From contig JANLIR010000002.1 of the NCBI GenBank assembly GCA_024654025.1, positions 21,885-85,884 on the forward strand: a DNA stretch of 64,000 bases, read 5' to 3'. A program made the position numbers and the translations under genes. The notes under the pieces were generated by a model. That model was not told the DNA's origin. It worked only from the letters and a program-made list of their open reading frames with translations, and searched no databases. Positions 48,486-59,255 of the stretch are shown piece by piece (the stretch's first letter is position 1; each line of letters opens with the position of its first letter). This DNA is from Candidatus Wolfebacteria bacterium (GTDB lineage Bacteria; Patescibacteriota; Minisyncoccia; UBA6257; UBA9933).

Positions 48486-50606
48486 TTATTTATTGTTTTT
48501 CATCGCTTCAATATTTTGTTTTACCTTAGTATCGTTAGGCCAATAAGTCAAAATTTCTTCCCCTATTTTTTCAGCCGCCTGAAAGTCTCCTTTGTCTTGA
48601 TACGTCTGCATTAAACCATACAAAAATTGCGGCCTTCGTGGAGAATAAACCAGACCCTCTTTGTAATATTCAATTGCTTTATTTAAATAATTTTGATCGT
48701 TAAAACGCTCGCCGATTGTTAAATAAAACTGTCCCACGGTCATAAAATTTTGCGAGAAATTTCCGCCGTGACCAGACTTAACGATGGGATCAAAATATTT
48801 CATATTAAATTTAAGAAGTTCTTCGGCAATTTCACGCGGCAAATTCTGCTGTCCGCTTAAAATCCCCAGAGTCGCACTCCCCAACTGTTTCACGCTTTCG
48901 TCTTGCCCAACAGGAGAATAAAAATCCAAAACCGATGAAAAAATTTTTTCAAAACCATCAACGGTTACGCCATTTTGAATATTTCCCATCGTGCCAATCA
49001 ATAACTGTGATTTTTTGAAAGGTAAATACGCTCCATAATAGACAAAAACAATTACCAGCACAGAAACAAACCCTGCCAAAGCCTTTTTAATCAACGGGTC
49101 AAGCACCGTCTTTTTAACATCTTTTTCGTTTTGTAATTTTTGTTCCCTAAAAATAAAATTAGCCAGCGCTAAAAATAGAAAAAGATTTATGTAAATAGGA
49201 GTTACATCAAAAATAAAAGCTCCCTGCGCAAGATAAGCGAGCGGCAAAGAAAAAAATATTGCATTCGTAGCCGTTATGTTAAAATCCGAATTTAAAAACT
49301 TATTTTTACTTGTTTCTTTTGCCGCTTGGTGTCCTTCCTTAGAAGAAACTAAATGTTTTTTATATTTAAAAAATCCCAAATAAAAAACTATAAATACCGA
49401 CAGATAACTCAAAAAGCCTAGGATTCCCGTTTCGGCAAGATAATCAAAGAAAACGCTATGCGCCCTATCAAACCATGTCTCCGACCTGGAAGCGTCTGGA
49501 TTAAAATGCCGGGTATCAAAATATTTATCAAAAACCGCCGGGAAATTTTCCGCCCCCCAACCAAATACAGGTCTGTCACGCCAGCCTTTTATTGCCGCCC
49601 CCCAAGTCCACAACCTGGTTTGAGCGGTATCTTCTTTTAAAGAAATACTAAACAAACGGCTGCCTGGAATTTTCTTGACAAAATTCGAATCATTGAAATA
49701 AAAGAGTAGTCCCCCTATTAGCGCCAAAAAAATTAAAGCTCCGGAACTCCATGTTCGCCATTTTCCTTTTAAAGATAGGATCAAATAAACCACAAAGAAA
49801 AACACCCCGGCTATCAACCCAAGAAAAGCGCCTCTGGTCTGCGACCACCAGAAAAAGAAAAGATAAAAAACAACCAGCGGCAAAATAAAATATTTAGTCT
49901 TTCGTGAATTAGAAGTGAATAACAGATAAAAAGCGTAAAAAATTATAAAAAGCAAAAGCGGCGCTAAATAAGCCGGGTTGCCTAAACTGCCCGCAAACCG
50001 GTTTAAATTGAAACTTAATGGTCCGCCCATATAACCGTCAAAGGTGGTTAGCCAACCGCTTTCAATAAGCTTACCTGAAGCGTCTTTTGGCCCGATTATG
50101 CTACCTCTTTCGTCAAATTGCATACCGACATATTTTAATCCTGCGGCAACGCCGTATAAGATAACTAAAACAGCCACCACCATAAAAATCTTTAAAAGAA
50201 GCCTCCAATCTTTTTCATTTGTAAAAAGAAACGTTAAAAGCAAGAAAAATATATAAAAGAAAAAGAGCTGGACACCTCCTTCTCCTCTTTCAAAATTAGA
50301 CCAAAAAGAAAAAGACGGATTAATCCCCAAAAATCCCGCCAGCAAAAAAATAAAAACAAAAATCGAGACCGCTATAACTAGCGGTGATTTTAATTTTTCC
50401 AAAAGTTTTTTTCCTCCGCTATAGCCCGAATAAGACCCGAACCCCACCCCCAGAGCAAAGAAAATCAGAGACAAACCGATCGTTATCCTAAAAAATACAT
50501 ACTTGCCGACTATAAAAGGAAACAGCGTTGATGAAGAAACGATTATCAAGCAAAACGGCGCCACGTAAAGCAATATTTTTGATATACTAAAAAAATAATT
50601 TTTCAT
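48486..50606 (-). CDS. O-antigen ligase/O-oligosaccharyltransferase family protein with C-terminal TPR-like region
   Basis: Many TM helices; GSLGNP, SQTRGA, RLWTW..RPVFGWG, DRAHS..L.ETGILG. Confidence 0.85.
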   Translation of the reverse strand: MKNYFFSISKILLYVAPFCLIIVSSSTLFPFIVGKYVFFRITIGLSLIFFALGVGFGSYSGYSGGKKLLEKLKSPLVIAVSIFVFIFLLAGFLGINPSFSFWSNFERGEGGVQLFFFYIFFLLLTFLFTNEKDWRLLLKIFMVVAVLVILYGVAAGLKYVGMQFDERGSIIGPKDASGKLIESGWLTTFDGYMGGPLSFNLNRFAGSLGNPAYLAPLLLFIIFYAFYLLFTSNSRKTKYFILPLVVFYLFFFWWSQTRGAFLGLIAGVFFFVVYLILSLKGKWRTWSSGALIFLALIGGLLFYFNDSNFVKKIPGSRLFSISLKEDTAQTRLWTWGAAIKGWRDRPVFGWGAENFPAVFDKYFDTRHFNPDASRSETWFDRAHSVFFDYLAETGILGFLSYLSVFIVFYLGFFKYKKHLVSSKEGHQAAKETSKNKFLNSDFNITATNAIFFSLPLAYLAQGAFIFDVTPIYINLFLFLALANFIFREQKLQNEKDVKKTVLDPLIKKALAGFVSVLVIVFVYYGAYLPFKKSQLLIGTMGNIQNGVTVDGFEKIFSSVLDFYSPVGQDESVKQLGSATLGILSGQQNLPREIAEELLKFNMKYFDPIVKSGHGGNFSQNFMTVGQFYLTIGERFNDQNYLNKAIEYYKEGLVYSPRRPQFLYGLMQTYQDKGDFQAAEKIGEEILTYWPNDTKVKQNIEAMKNNK

Positions 50607-50726
50607 TTTATTCGATGCAAATTAATACGGATTTTATACAATTTTAATAATATGAATAAATCGTTTAATAGTCAACGCGCGCATACAATTATCCGCATAA
50701 ATCCGTTTAATCCGTATTAATCCGTG

Positions 50727-50758
50727 AACTAAAATCCCCCTTTCGGGGGATTTTAGTT
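50727..50758. terminator. intrinsic terminator after the 1651-aa gene
   Basis: AACTAAAATCCCCC-TTTC-GGGGGATTTTAGTT perfect stem. Confidence 0.8.
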
Positions 50759-50768
50759 TCCGCAATTT

Positions 50769-53700
50769 TTATTGCGTTGCCTTCTTTAACTCCTGAAGTT
50801 GCGCCAAAAGTTTTGTTATCTTGGCTTCAATCTCTTGAATCAAAGTTCTTAATTGCTGAATTAATTGCGCTTTAGAAGATGCCTGCTCTGGCAATTGCGG
50901 AACATTCGCGCTTGAACCGGCTAAAAGTTGGTTAATTTTCGCCCGAGTCGCCGGCCCGACATCGCCATATCCAAGATTGCCGGATTTTGCGATTCCATAT
51001 TTTTCCTGAAATCTTTGAACAGCTCTTCTTGTGGCAGTGCCGAAGTATCCGCTTATTATTCCTTCAGGATAAACATCGCTGTCTTTTGCTAAAAATTCCT
51101 GCAGAGATTTTACCTCATTGTCGGTTATTCCCTGCATCAATCTCAATGTAAGTTTTTTAATTAACCCTGTTGGCAATGAAGTTTGCGCTACGCCGGTTAG
51201 CTGCGAAATTGTACTGGTAACAGACGTTGCCGATGAAGTGGCAGTAATAGAAGGAGTAAAACCTCCTCCGCCGCCGGAAGACAGAATTGATATCGGAAGG
51301 CCGCTGCCAGCAACAGCCGCTGGAGCAGCAGGCGTAGCGGAAACCGCGTCCGTCGTTGCCGCTGATTCGTTGTCATTGCTATCCAAAGCTGAAACTTTAT
51401 AGGAATAAGCCGTGCCGTTTGTTAATCCGGTATCCGTGTAGCTCGTTACCGTTGTCTGGCCTAAATACGGATAATCCGAACCGCTTAGACGATACACATC
51501 ATACTTGGTTGCGCCGGTTGAAGCGGTCCATGAAAGAGCAACTTGGCCATTACCAGCCGTAGCCGATAAACTTGTAGGCGTTGCGGGCGCAGTTGAAGTA
51601 GTGGAAATTATTGGCGCAAAAGTTGAAAAGTGGCTTGTTGTCCCTTTTAAGGTTAGGGATGTGAGCGTATCCCAAGTTGCGCCGGTTGGAGCAACTACTG
51701 GTGTTGTTGAAATTTCAGTCCAGTTGTCCGCTGTTGTATCCCAATAACCGATTACGATTTTATTCGCGTCAACCAAACTAGTAATACCCGCGCTAACTAA
51801 TTCCGCCTTAGTCAGCACAATTTCCATATCAACATTCTGGGACAAATTAGTAATTTGTTGTCCTTGGTTAGCGCCGCTTGAATAAGACGCTTCGATTTTT
51901 TTGCCTTTAGTTCCGAAAACTTTAACGTTGTTTTTATCGGGCACATCCATTGTATTTTGCACTGTTACCTGCGTCTGAGTTGTGTCCGATCCTAAAGCGC
52001 CCTGAGGAATATTTAATTTTACGTCATCAGTTTGAACAACTCCTCCTTGAGTCGGAGTAAACGACTGCGATGTCTGTTTAGCATCAAAACTTACGGCCTG
52101 CAGATTAACTGTTAAGCCCGCAGACGGAGCGGTTACGCTGATTGGATTAGCTGTGTTATACCCGTCGGCAATGGCTTGGACTTTCCACAAACCGCTTCCC
52201 ACATTTAGAGTAAAGCTGCCGTCTCCTTCTGACATTGCTCCTGCCCAACCCGTACTTCCAGTTTGTTCAGCCCAAACTCTGGCGCCTTCTATTGCCGTGC
52301 CATTATATTTAACATACCCGGTAATGCTTTGAGAATTTTGAGTTAGAGACAAAGACAAACCAGCGGTGGTTGTGCTTATTGATTGATTAGCCAATCTTGT
52401 CCCTAAAAACCCGGGCTTTCCAACTCCTATATCGTAATTCCCTCCCCTTAATTTCATTGAAAAAGTTCCGTCATTGGCAACTCTCGAGCCCCCGCCTCCA
52501 GCCGGACTAGCTGCCCAGACAAAGGCGTCTGTTGAACTGCCGGAAACCGTTCCTGAAACAACGTAAAAGTCAGTTGCGCTCAAATCTATAATTATAGAAG
52601 TGCTGGCGGTGATTGCCGTTGTAGTTGGAGTGATTGGTCCGAAACCGGGAATTCCTCCTTCAATGGTGTAGGTAGTTGAACCCGAAAAAGGAATTTGAAT
52701 GCTGTAAGCGTCGTAATCGGAGCCGACACTGGAAGTGGTATTAGTGAATCCTCCTCCTAAAGTACTGTGCGCGCCGATAAATACATTGCTGAACGTATTT
52801 TTTGGCTTCAGGCGAATTTCCAAAGTTGCGGTATTAACCGCGACGGTTACTGTTGTGCTGGCAGTCACCGCATTACCGCTATTTAACTGCCCTTTATAAA
52901 TTTCTCCCTGACCCATAACAGCGGCGTGAAGATAAAGATTAGTAAGGCCTGTTGTTGTTTTGAACGTAAAAGCGCCAGCGCTATCGGTTTTAGCCCAACC
53001 CATTCCTGGGCCGAATTCTCCTTGTGTAACCCAAGTATCAACCTGAGAAACACCGGAACCGTTTTTTGAAACCGTGCCGGAAATCGTAATAAAATTAGCG
53101 CTGCTTAAAGTAAAGTTAACCGTCGGGCTAGTGGAATTAGTTACCACAACATTTGTTTGTTCCGACAGCTGTCCGTATTCCTTACTGAATCCGCCGACAC
53201 GATAATTAGAACAAGGTGAAACATACATCTTGTAATAGCCTTGAGAATCGGTAAACGCGCTCCCTCCGCCAGGGCCTCCTGAACACCAGGCATTCAAATC
53301 CACGTTGGCAATCGCGTTCCCGGAACCGTCTTTAACGTAGCCGGAAATACTGCTCGTTGGCGGTTCTAATTTAATCGTTATCACCGGCGTGCTCGCGTCA
53401 AGCGCAAAAGCGCTACTGCTAACAACCACTATTTCTTTTTCAACTGACCCAGGCATACCAGGCCCGCCAACGCCTATTTTATAAGTCCCTTGGCTTGCGT
53501 AAAGCGAAAAGTATCCGGTGCTGTTAGGCATAGTCGCGCTGCCTTTTCCGTTTGCGATTGGCTGGTAAGCTGTTACCCACATCTCGTTATATTTACTTGC
53601 TGAAAGCGCGCTGCCGGCTCCATCAACAATTCTGCCGTAAATTTTTCTGTCAGCCGCGGTAAAAGTAAGGTTAGAGGTAATCGTTGTGGTGGAATCGGTT

Positions 53701-55724
53701 ATTTCAAACATCTGCCCGCTCGGTTCAATCAACGGCGAAGTGCTTGTCGTTGATTGAGAAGGCGGCAAATGCGCCTCAACTCTATAAAATCCATTGCTCG
53801 GCAAAGCAACGGCATAAGCCACCTGACAAGTGCTGGTTGTGCTGAAAAATGACGGCATCACGCCTCCTGGTCCCATTTGCGTATTTGTTCCTTGAGGCAT
53901 TGCAAACACCGCGATAGTTTTATTTCGTCCGTCAGCGTCGCAACTTGCTTTTGTTGTTATTGTGCCGGAAACTTTTCTGGTCGTCGCGCCTTGCAAAGTC
54001 AAAACTAGCGGACTGGAAGATGAAGTTCCTGATTGAATATTTGCGCCGGGAGCCGGCAAGCGAGCGCCAGTGGGGTCGTATGCCCAAACCATTCCCATAC
54101 CCGCAATATTATCTATTGTGTAAACTCCGGTGCTTGTGCTGAAAGTTATTCCCGAGCTCGCGGCTGTATAAACTTGAGGCCCGCTCATCCCGGCGATAAC
54201 CAAACTCACATTGCCGCTGGAAGTAACCGTAGAAGTACTCACTCCGGCTAAAAGATCAACCCGAACATTAAGAGGTCCGGAAATATCAAAAAAAGTATTT
54301 TGGTTCATATCCGACATCATTCCATCAGAAGTAACTATAGTGATCGGTCCGCCTTGGGCGCCAACAGGAACCGTAGCCGTGATTGAAGTAGCGCCCCAAG
54401 CAGTTGTGGAGGCGGGAATCGGCTGAAGCGGCCCAGTACTTGGGTCAAAACCTCCGGAAAACATCACCGTTCCAGTGTCAGTCCCAAAATTAGTTCCGGC
54501 AATTGTTACGGTATCCCCTACGGCCCCTGAAGTCGGAGAAACCGAACTGATTGTCGGAAGCAGTGCCGTAGAAACAGTGATACTGCTATTGGAATAAGAG
54601 AGAGGAAGATTGTTTGTATCAGTAACTCCCGAAATTGCCAAGCTTATAATCGCCCCTCCGGTTAAACTTAAGTTTTTAATAGTTACGCTATTGCCCATAA
54701 ATTCTATAAACGAACTCCCATAACCGCCGCAACTCAAAGCAGAACCGTTCAAAGTATAATTTGCGCAATTCGTGGCTAAATCTCCACGCAAATTTTTACT
54801 GGCGTTAATTACTATTTTATTAGTAAACGCGTTAACAGACGTAACTGTCGGCGGAGTCGAAGTAGAATTCGGAATAAATTGGACAAAACTACTCGTGGCA
54901 TTGCCGGCCGCGTCGCTCATCGCCAGCCACAAAGAAGAATAAAACGTGCTCCCGATGCTAAAATTAGCAGTCCCGCTAGCGCTAACTCCGCCCGTAGCTA
55001 TTGGCGCGGAACTCGTTGAAGTTGTGTAAACAGAAAGAAGTCCTTGTTCGCCAAGACCACCCGAACCGGTATCGGCCAAATAATAATTTCCACTGGAATA
55101 CGTAAGCGTTGCCTTAGTTGAATCAGGAATTTGCGAATGCGTATCAGCTACTACTTGAGCCGTAGTGGTGGCGCCAATTGTGGGAGAGTTAGCAGATGTA
55201 ACAACACTGCTTGTGCCTGCCGCGATATTTACCGTAACGCCCTGGCGGACAGAAGTAGTGGCTTCAGGATAACCATTGTCAGTCCATGCGTTTGAAGTTC
55301 TTAAAACCACAAAAAATGTTCCGGTTGCCGGCGTGGTTGTGGCGGCCGCGATGTTTATCCTTGTTGTGGTGGCTATATTAACGCTTGAAGTCGCTAACAA
55401 AACATCGGCTGGGTCAAATTGGAAATCAGAATTCGCGTCTTTATATACGCCTACCCAGTCAAAACTGGACGAAGCAACCGCGGTGCTTGTCGCGCTCGTT
55501 GACGTAGAAATCAAAACCGTCGTGCTTGATAAGGTCTCGCCAGCGGTAATGGATAATTCAAGTCGTAAAACAGGAATCATTGATCCTGCTTTTACCGTGC
55601 TTGTCGCGCTGACCAGCGCCGTTGAAGTGCCGGTTACCGCGGCCTGCGCGTTATTTAATAAACCGACCGTAAAAAAACTGGCGACTAAAAAAATCGCCCC
55701 GACAAAAAAGAATTTTCTAAACAT
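50769..55724 (-). CDS. 1651-aa secreted surface protein (IPT/TIG, carboxypeptidase-regulatory-like repeats, Fn3, C-terminal peptidoglycan-binding domain)
   Basis: Signal peptide; PTISSVSP..GDTVTIAGTNFG; repeated ISG.V..G..; ATAGNGQVALSW..YTDTGLTNG; VKSLQEFL..GYFGTATRRAVQRFQ. Confidence 0.85.
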   Translation of the reverse strand: MFRKFFFVGAIFLVASFFTVGLLNNAQAAVTGTSTALVSATSTVKAGSMIPVLRLELSITAGETLSSTTVLISTSTSATSTAVASSSFDWVGVYKDANSDFQFDPADVLLATSSVNIATTTRINIAAATTTPATGTFFVVLRTSNAWTDNGYPEATTSVRQGVTVNIAAGTSSVVTSANSPTIGATTTAQVVADTHSQIPDSTKATLTYSSGNYYLADTGSGGLGEQGLLSVYTTSTSSAPIATGGVSASGTANFSIGSTFYSSLWLAMSDAAGNATSSFVQFIPNSTSTPPTVTSVNAFTNKIVINASKNLRGDLATNCANYTLNGSALSCGGYGSSFIEFMGNSVTIKNLSLTGGAIISLAISGVTDTNNLPLSYSNSSITVSTALLPTISSVSPTSGAVGDTVTIAGTNFGTDTGTVMFSGGFDPSTGPLQPIPASTTAWGATSITATVPVGAQGGPITIVTSDGMMSDMNQNTFFDISGPLNVRVDLLAGVSTSTVTSSGNVSLVIAGMSGPQVYTAASSGITFSTSTGVYTIDNIAGMGMVWAYDPTGARLPAPGANIQSGTSSSSPLVLTLQGATTRKVSGTITTKASCDADGRNKTIAVFAMPQGTNTQMGPGGVMPSFFSTTSTCQVAYAVALPSNGFYRVEAHLPPSQSTTSTSPLIEPSGQMFEITDSTTTITSNLTFTAADRKIYGRIVDGAGSALSASKYNEMWVTAYQPIANGKGSATMPNSTGYFSLYASQGTYKIGVGGPGMPGSVEKEIVVVSSSAFALDASTPVITIKLEPPTSSISGYVKDGSGNAIANVDLNAWCSGGPGGGSAFTDSQGYYKMYVSPCSNYRVGGFSKEYGQLSEQTNVVVTNSTSPTVNFTLSSANFITISGTVSKNGSGVSQVDTWVTQGEFGPGMGWAKTDSAGAFTFKTTTGLTNLYLHAAVMGQGEIYKGQLNSGNAVTASTTVTVAVNTATLEIRLKPKNTFSNVFIGAHSTLGGGFTNTTSSVGSDYDAYSIQIPFSGSTTYTIEGGIPGFGPITPTTTAITASTSIIIDLSATDFYVVSGTVSGSSTDAFVWAASPAGGGGSRVANDGTFSMKLRGGNYDIGVGKPGFLGTRLANQSISTTTAGLSLSLTQNSQSITGYVKYNGTAIEGARVWAEQTGSTGWAGAMSEGDGSFTLNVGSGLWKVQAIADGYNTANPISVTAPSAGLTVNLQAVSFDAKQTSQSFTPTQGGVVQTDDVKLNIPQGALGSDTTQTQVTVQNTMDVPDKNNVKVFGTKGKKIEASYSSGANQGQQITNLSQNVDMEIVLTKAELVSAGITSLVDANKIVIGYWDTTADNWTEISTTPVVAPTGATWDTLTSLTLKGTTSHFSTFAPIISTTSTAPATPTSLSATAGNGQVALSWTASTGATKYDVYRLSGSDYPYLGQTTVTSYTDTGLTNGTAYSYKVSALDSNDNESAATTDAVSATPAAPAAVAGSGLPISILSSGGGGGFTPSITATSSATSVTSTISQLTGVAQTSLPTGLIKKLTLRLMQGITDNEVKSLQEFLAKDSDVYPEGIISGYFGTATRRAVQRFQEKYGIAKSGNLGYGDVGPATRAKINQLLAGSSANVPQLPEQASSKAQLIQQLRTLIQEIEAKITKLLAQLQELKKATQ

Positions 55725-55923
55725 TTTTTTAAAAACCGCGAACTGAAAATTATTTGCTTATAATTTTACAGATCTACGACTCTTTATTATAAAAAACAAG
55801 ACCTTTTTTATTTTAAAAAAACAAAAATTGGGAGATAGTTTCTCTTAGTTTAATTATACAATATTTAAGGAAATGGAAATTGTGGATAACTATTTAGATA
55901 CGGACAATCTGCATTGGTCCGTG

Positions 55924-55957
55924 AATTCAAAAACCCCCTCTCGGGGGTTTTTGAATT
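55924..55957. terminator. intrinsic terminator after the 1084-aa gene
   Basis: AATTCAAAAACCCCC-TCTC-GGGGGTTTTTGAATT perfect stem. Confidence 0.8.
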
Positions 55958-56000
55958 GGTCGGTTATGCGCTACCGACAAACTCCAATCAGTTATTCAGG

Positions 56001-59000
56001 TTAGTTCAAGAAACTACTGGCTTGTCCGTTGATTGGCGTCGCAATTGACGGATCTATCGATGAAATATCGTTAACTCCATCATTCCAAGTAGCGGTCGAT
56101 ACCACAATCTGGTAAGACCTCGTAATTGGAGTAGTGGCATTTGATGCCAAGCTAGTTGCAGACCCTAAGTCGGCTTTCACGATCAAGTACAAGCTCTGTC
56201 CGGCAGGAACTGTCCAACCGGTTGTGCTATTCAACACAACTGACGTAGCAGTAGTAGATGACAATGTCGTAGAAGCGAGCAATGTCGACTGCCTATCGCT
56301 GCCATAAAGGCTGATAGTGACGATAGTCGAAGATTGCTGTAATGATCCTACCTGTTTCATTGTCACCGTCTTAATGATTGTGTCGTATCCAGCGCCAGCA
56401 GCAAAAGTAAACTGTCCAACAACTGAACCGTCCGCAAGACCGGCGGCTGCCGTAAATGTCGGGCCAGAAGCCACGCCCAAGGTAGTCCTATAAAGCGTTA
56501 CTGCCTGGCTGTCATAAGCAGCTGACGAAGTTGTGGAAGTAGAAAGAGCGATGCTGGTTGTGGTAGCTCCAGAAGCGTTGTTGTAAGTAAACTGCGCCAA
56601 TCTAAAGTTATGAGCAGCGCCTGAAGAAGCGGCTGCCGCAAAACCTACAGTATCGGCAACCACGCTCAATGACTTGTAAGAGCTGGCCGGTACAACAAAT
56701 CCTGTCAACGGGAAGCTGATTGCGCTACCAGCGCTTTCAGTACCATTAGACAATAAAGTTGCGCCGTCGTACAACTTGAAATTAGTCCAAGACCTATCCG
56801 TTGAAGTAGTGGTTGTTGCCGCGCTCTTCATATCGTTTATAGCGACATTAGTCAAAGCGCCGTCTCCACTGCTATTGGCGGTAAATCTGAACTTAGCCAC
56901 TGTAATACCATTTACTCCCATTCCGACAAACGCGGCATTCGGAGTAGCGGAATCAATAGCTCCGGTCACAGTACCACCCGTTGTTATGCTGACCGTTTGG
57001 CCAGCCACACCGGTAATACTAACTGCGTTTCCAACATTATTGGTCGCGTTAACGCTAGCCAAAGTAACCAACGAACCGCTGTTCGTGGTTGCGCTGTTAG
57101 AAATGTTTGAGTAAACATCAACAATCGCAATCGCGCCCGGCGCGATTGAAACAGCCGAGCCAGTATTGAAGGTGTAAGACGTATTGCTGGCAACAGTCGG
57201 TTGAGTATTGCCTGCTTGAACGCCGTTAACCTTAACCGTCAAAGCTGTCATCCAGTCGGAAAGCGTTCCGCTGGCAGTAGATGTTACGGTAACTCCTGTT
57301 AAACTAACACTGTTAACTTGACCCGCGGTCAAATTAAACGACGCGATTCTTGCCTGGCTTGCTCCAGCTGTAACTATCGGCGTACCCAAAGCATAGTTCA
57401 AAGACGATGCTAATTGAGTAGTGGAAAGCAACACCGACAAAGGATACCCGCTAACCGCTGAAACCGTAACTGTCGCGTAGCTGGTGTAGCTTTGCGCGGT
57501 ACCGCTGGCAATAGCTACTGTCATTGTTCCAGTCGCGCTAGAACCGACATCAGCGTAAACATTCAATGTTCTGGTTTGATTAGCAGAAATAATGTAATTC
57601 AAGCTGCCTGAGCCAATCGCAAATGTAGTGGCTCCGGTAGTTTGGGTTGTCCCAAGCTGAACGCCCTGATCATCAACAACTCTTACGTTGCTGTAGTTAT
57701 TGGCGCCGGCGCTCATTGTCATGTTCAACTGGTTTATCTTTACGCTGTCTCCGGAAGCCAATAAATCTAACTTGGCCAACACTTGGTTGGTGTTTCCAGC
57801 AACAACATTGGAAGCCGGCGAAGCAGCATTTCTGCTCATAACCAACCCTCCATTGTTAATGGTTGCGGTGTAGAAACTTATCGGCCAAGTGGCATACGTA
57901 GCTCCTATTCCTACGCTGTAAGTCGCGTCAGTAGCAGTAATATCAGCTGATTGCTGAAGTGAAAACGCGAAAGTTCTGTTAACTCCGCCAGTTATATCAA
58001 CATAAACCTGCAAAACAACAGTTTGCCCTGACGACAAAGACAACGGAGCGCTTGACAAATCAAATGTCAAAACATTGTCAGAGCCAAGCTGGGCAATAGC
58101 ATTGCCAACTTGAGTTCCTGCTTGCATCAATTTGATGTTTTGCAAGTAGCTCGGAGTAACGCTTCCGACATTAAGTAATCGCAAACTATTAACTTTAACC
58201 GGTTGATTGCCGACCTGTACCGTAAACTGGGCAGCCAAATAATTGGTCTGTCCGGCATTTACAGTAACAGCGCCTGTGCTGACCGCGGAAATCGTTAAAG
58301 TAGCGAGGTTGGTAACGCTTACCAAAGCAAACTGACTGCCGCTTACCGGGAGATTACCCGAAACAGCGCCTGTTCCGCTAAGAGTTACGTCAGCCGCAGC
58401 CGCGACGCCAAACGACATCACGTGGCTGGCGCTTGAAGTAGCGGTGGTCGCGTCCAAAGAAACAGTAATGGTCTTGGTTGTACCGGCAGGAACAATAAAG
58501 AGGCCATTAGCATTGTTAAAGTTAACTTTGCCAAGAGAAGTTCCCAAATTGGAAGCCAATCTGGTAACGCCGTCGTAAAGATACATATTGTTTATGTCCG
58601 CATCTTGCGACAAGCCGCTTCTTGTTATTTTTAAACCGGTAACCGTAACCGCAGCTGATCCGGCAGAGAAGTTAAGTTTCAAAACCGGAGTATTTACAGC
58701 GCCGATAGCCAAATTGGCTGACGCTGGATTATCAGAAGCTAAACTAACAGCAACCGCTCCAGTGACTGGAGTGGTGCCTGTGCCCGTTCCAGTGCCTGTG
58801 CCTGTTCCAGTTCCAGTGCCGGTTCCGGTTGAAGCCAAAGAGTTAATATAACTCCTTGTTATCGGACCGAAGTAACCGACAGCCGGAGAAATTGCGTTCG
58901 CTGCCTGATATTTCGCCACAGCGGCTTTGGTCCTGGATCCGAAATAAGTAGTTTCGTTTCCAACTGAACCAGCTCCGCTGGCGGAAACTGTAAATCCTTG

Positions 59001-59255
59001 AGCATTCAAGAATTGCTGAAGGGACTTAACATCTTCTCCAGTTGACCCCACAGTGAGGCTGCGGGTAAAGGAATAAGATGTCGTGCCCTGTACTTGCCCC
59101 AATTGCGCTTTTGCCGCGTTAAGCTGAGCCATAAGCGCTGCGATTTGGGCTTCCAAATCCGTAGTGCTAGTCTGAGCAAAAGCAACCGGCGCCATCATAT
59201 AGACAACGGTTGTTACGGAAACTGCAATGGACGCAAGTTTTCGTCCTATATTCAT
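56001..59255 (-). CDS. 1084-aa S-layer-like secreted protein with N-terminal peptidoglycan-binding domain
   Basis: Signal peptide, LEAQIAALMAQL, FTRSLTVGSTGEDVKSLQQFLN, YFGPITR, (TG)n linker, repeated beta-rich modules. Confidence 0.85.
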   Translation of the reverse strand: MNIGRKLASIAVSVTTVVYMMAPVAFAQTSTTDLEAQIAALMAQLNAAKAQLGQVQGTTSYSFTRSLTVGSTGEDVKSLQQFLNAQGFTVSASGAGSVGNETTYFGSRTKAAVAKYQAANAISPAVGYFGPITRSYINSLASTGTGTGTGTGTGTGTGTGTTPVTGAVAVSLASDNPASANLAIGAVNTPVLKLNFSAGSAAVTVTGLKITRSGLSQDADINNMYLYDGVTRLASNLGTSLGKVNFNNANGLFIVPAGTTKTITVSLDATTATSSASHVMSFGVAAAADVTLSGTGAVSGNLPVSGSQFALVSVTNLATLTISAVSTGAVTVNAGQTNYLAAQFTVQVGNQPVKVNSLRLLNVGSVTPSYLQNIKLMQAGTQVGNAIAQLGSDNVLTFDLSSAPLSLSSGQTVVLQVYVDITGGVNRTFAFSLQQSADITATDATYSVGIGATYATWPISFYTATINNGGLVMSRNAASPASNVVAGNTNQVLAKLDLLASGDSVKINQLNMTMSAGANNYSNVRVVDDQGVQLGTTQTTGATTFAIGSGSLNYIISANQTRTLNVYADVGSSATGTMTVAIASGTAQSYTSYATVTVSAVSGYPLSVLLSTTQLASSLNYALGTPIVTAGASQARIASFNLTAGQVNSVSLTGVTVTSTASGTLSDWMTALTVKVNGVQAGNTQPTVASNTSYTFNTGSAVSIAPGAIAIVDVYSNISNSATTNSGSLVTLASVNATNNVGNAVSITGVAGQTVSITTGGTVTGAIDSATPNAAFVGMGVNGITVAKFRFTANSSGDGALTNVAINDMKSAATTTTSTDRSWTNFKLYDGATLLSNGTESAGSAISFPLTGFVVPASSYKSLSVVADTVGFAAAASSGAAHNFRLAQFTYNNASGATTTSIALSTSTTSSAAYDSQAVTLYRTTLGVASGPTFTAAAGLADGSVVGQFTFAAGAGYDTIIKTVTMKQVGSLQQSSTIVTISLYGSDRQSTLLASTTLSSTTATSVVLNSTTGWTVPAGQSLYLIVKADLGSATSLASNATTPITRSYQIVVSTATWNDGVNDISSIDPSIATPINGQASSFLN

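Noticed and set aside
20190-51050. Isolated TGCCGAA/TTCGGCA hits in coding regions (e.g. near 20200, 36710, 40125, 51040)
   Set aside because: Single scattered copies consistent with background, unlike the two dense arrays
58775-58830. (TG)n peptide repeat as a phase-variable microsatellite
   Set aside because: Codons vary, so it is a flexible linker rather than a slippage tract
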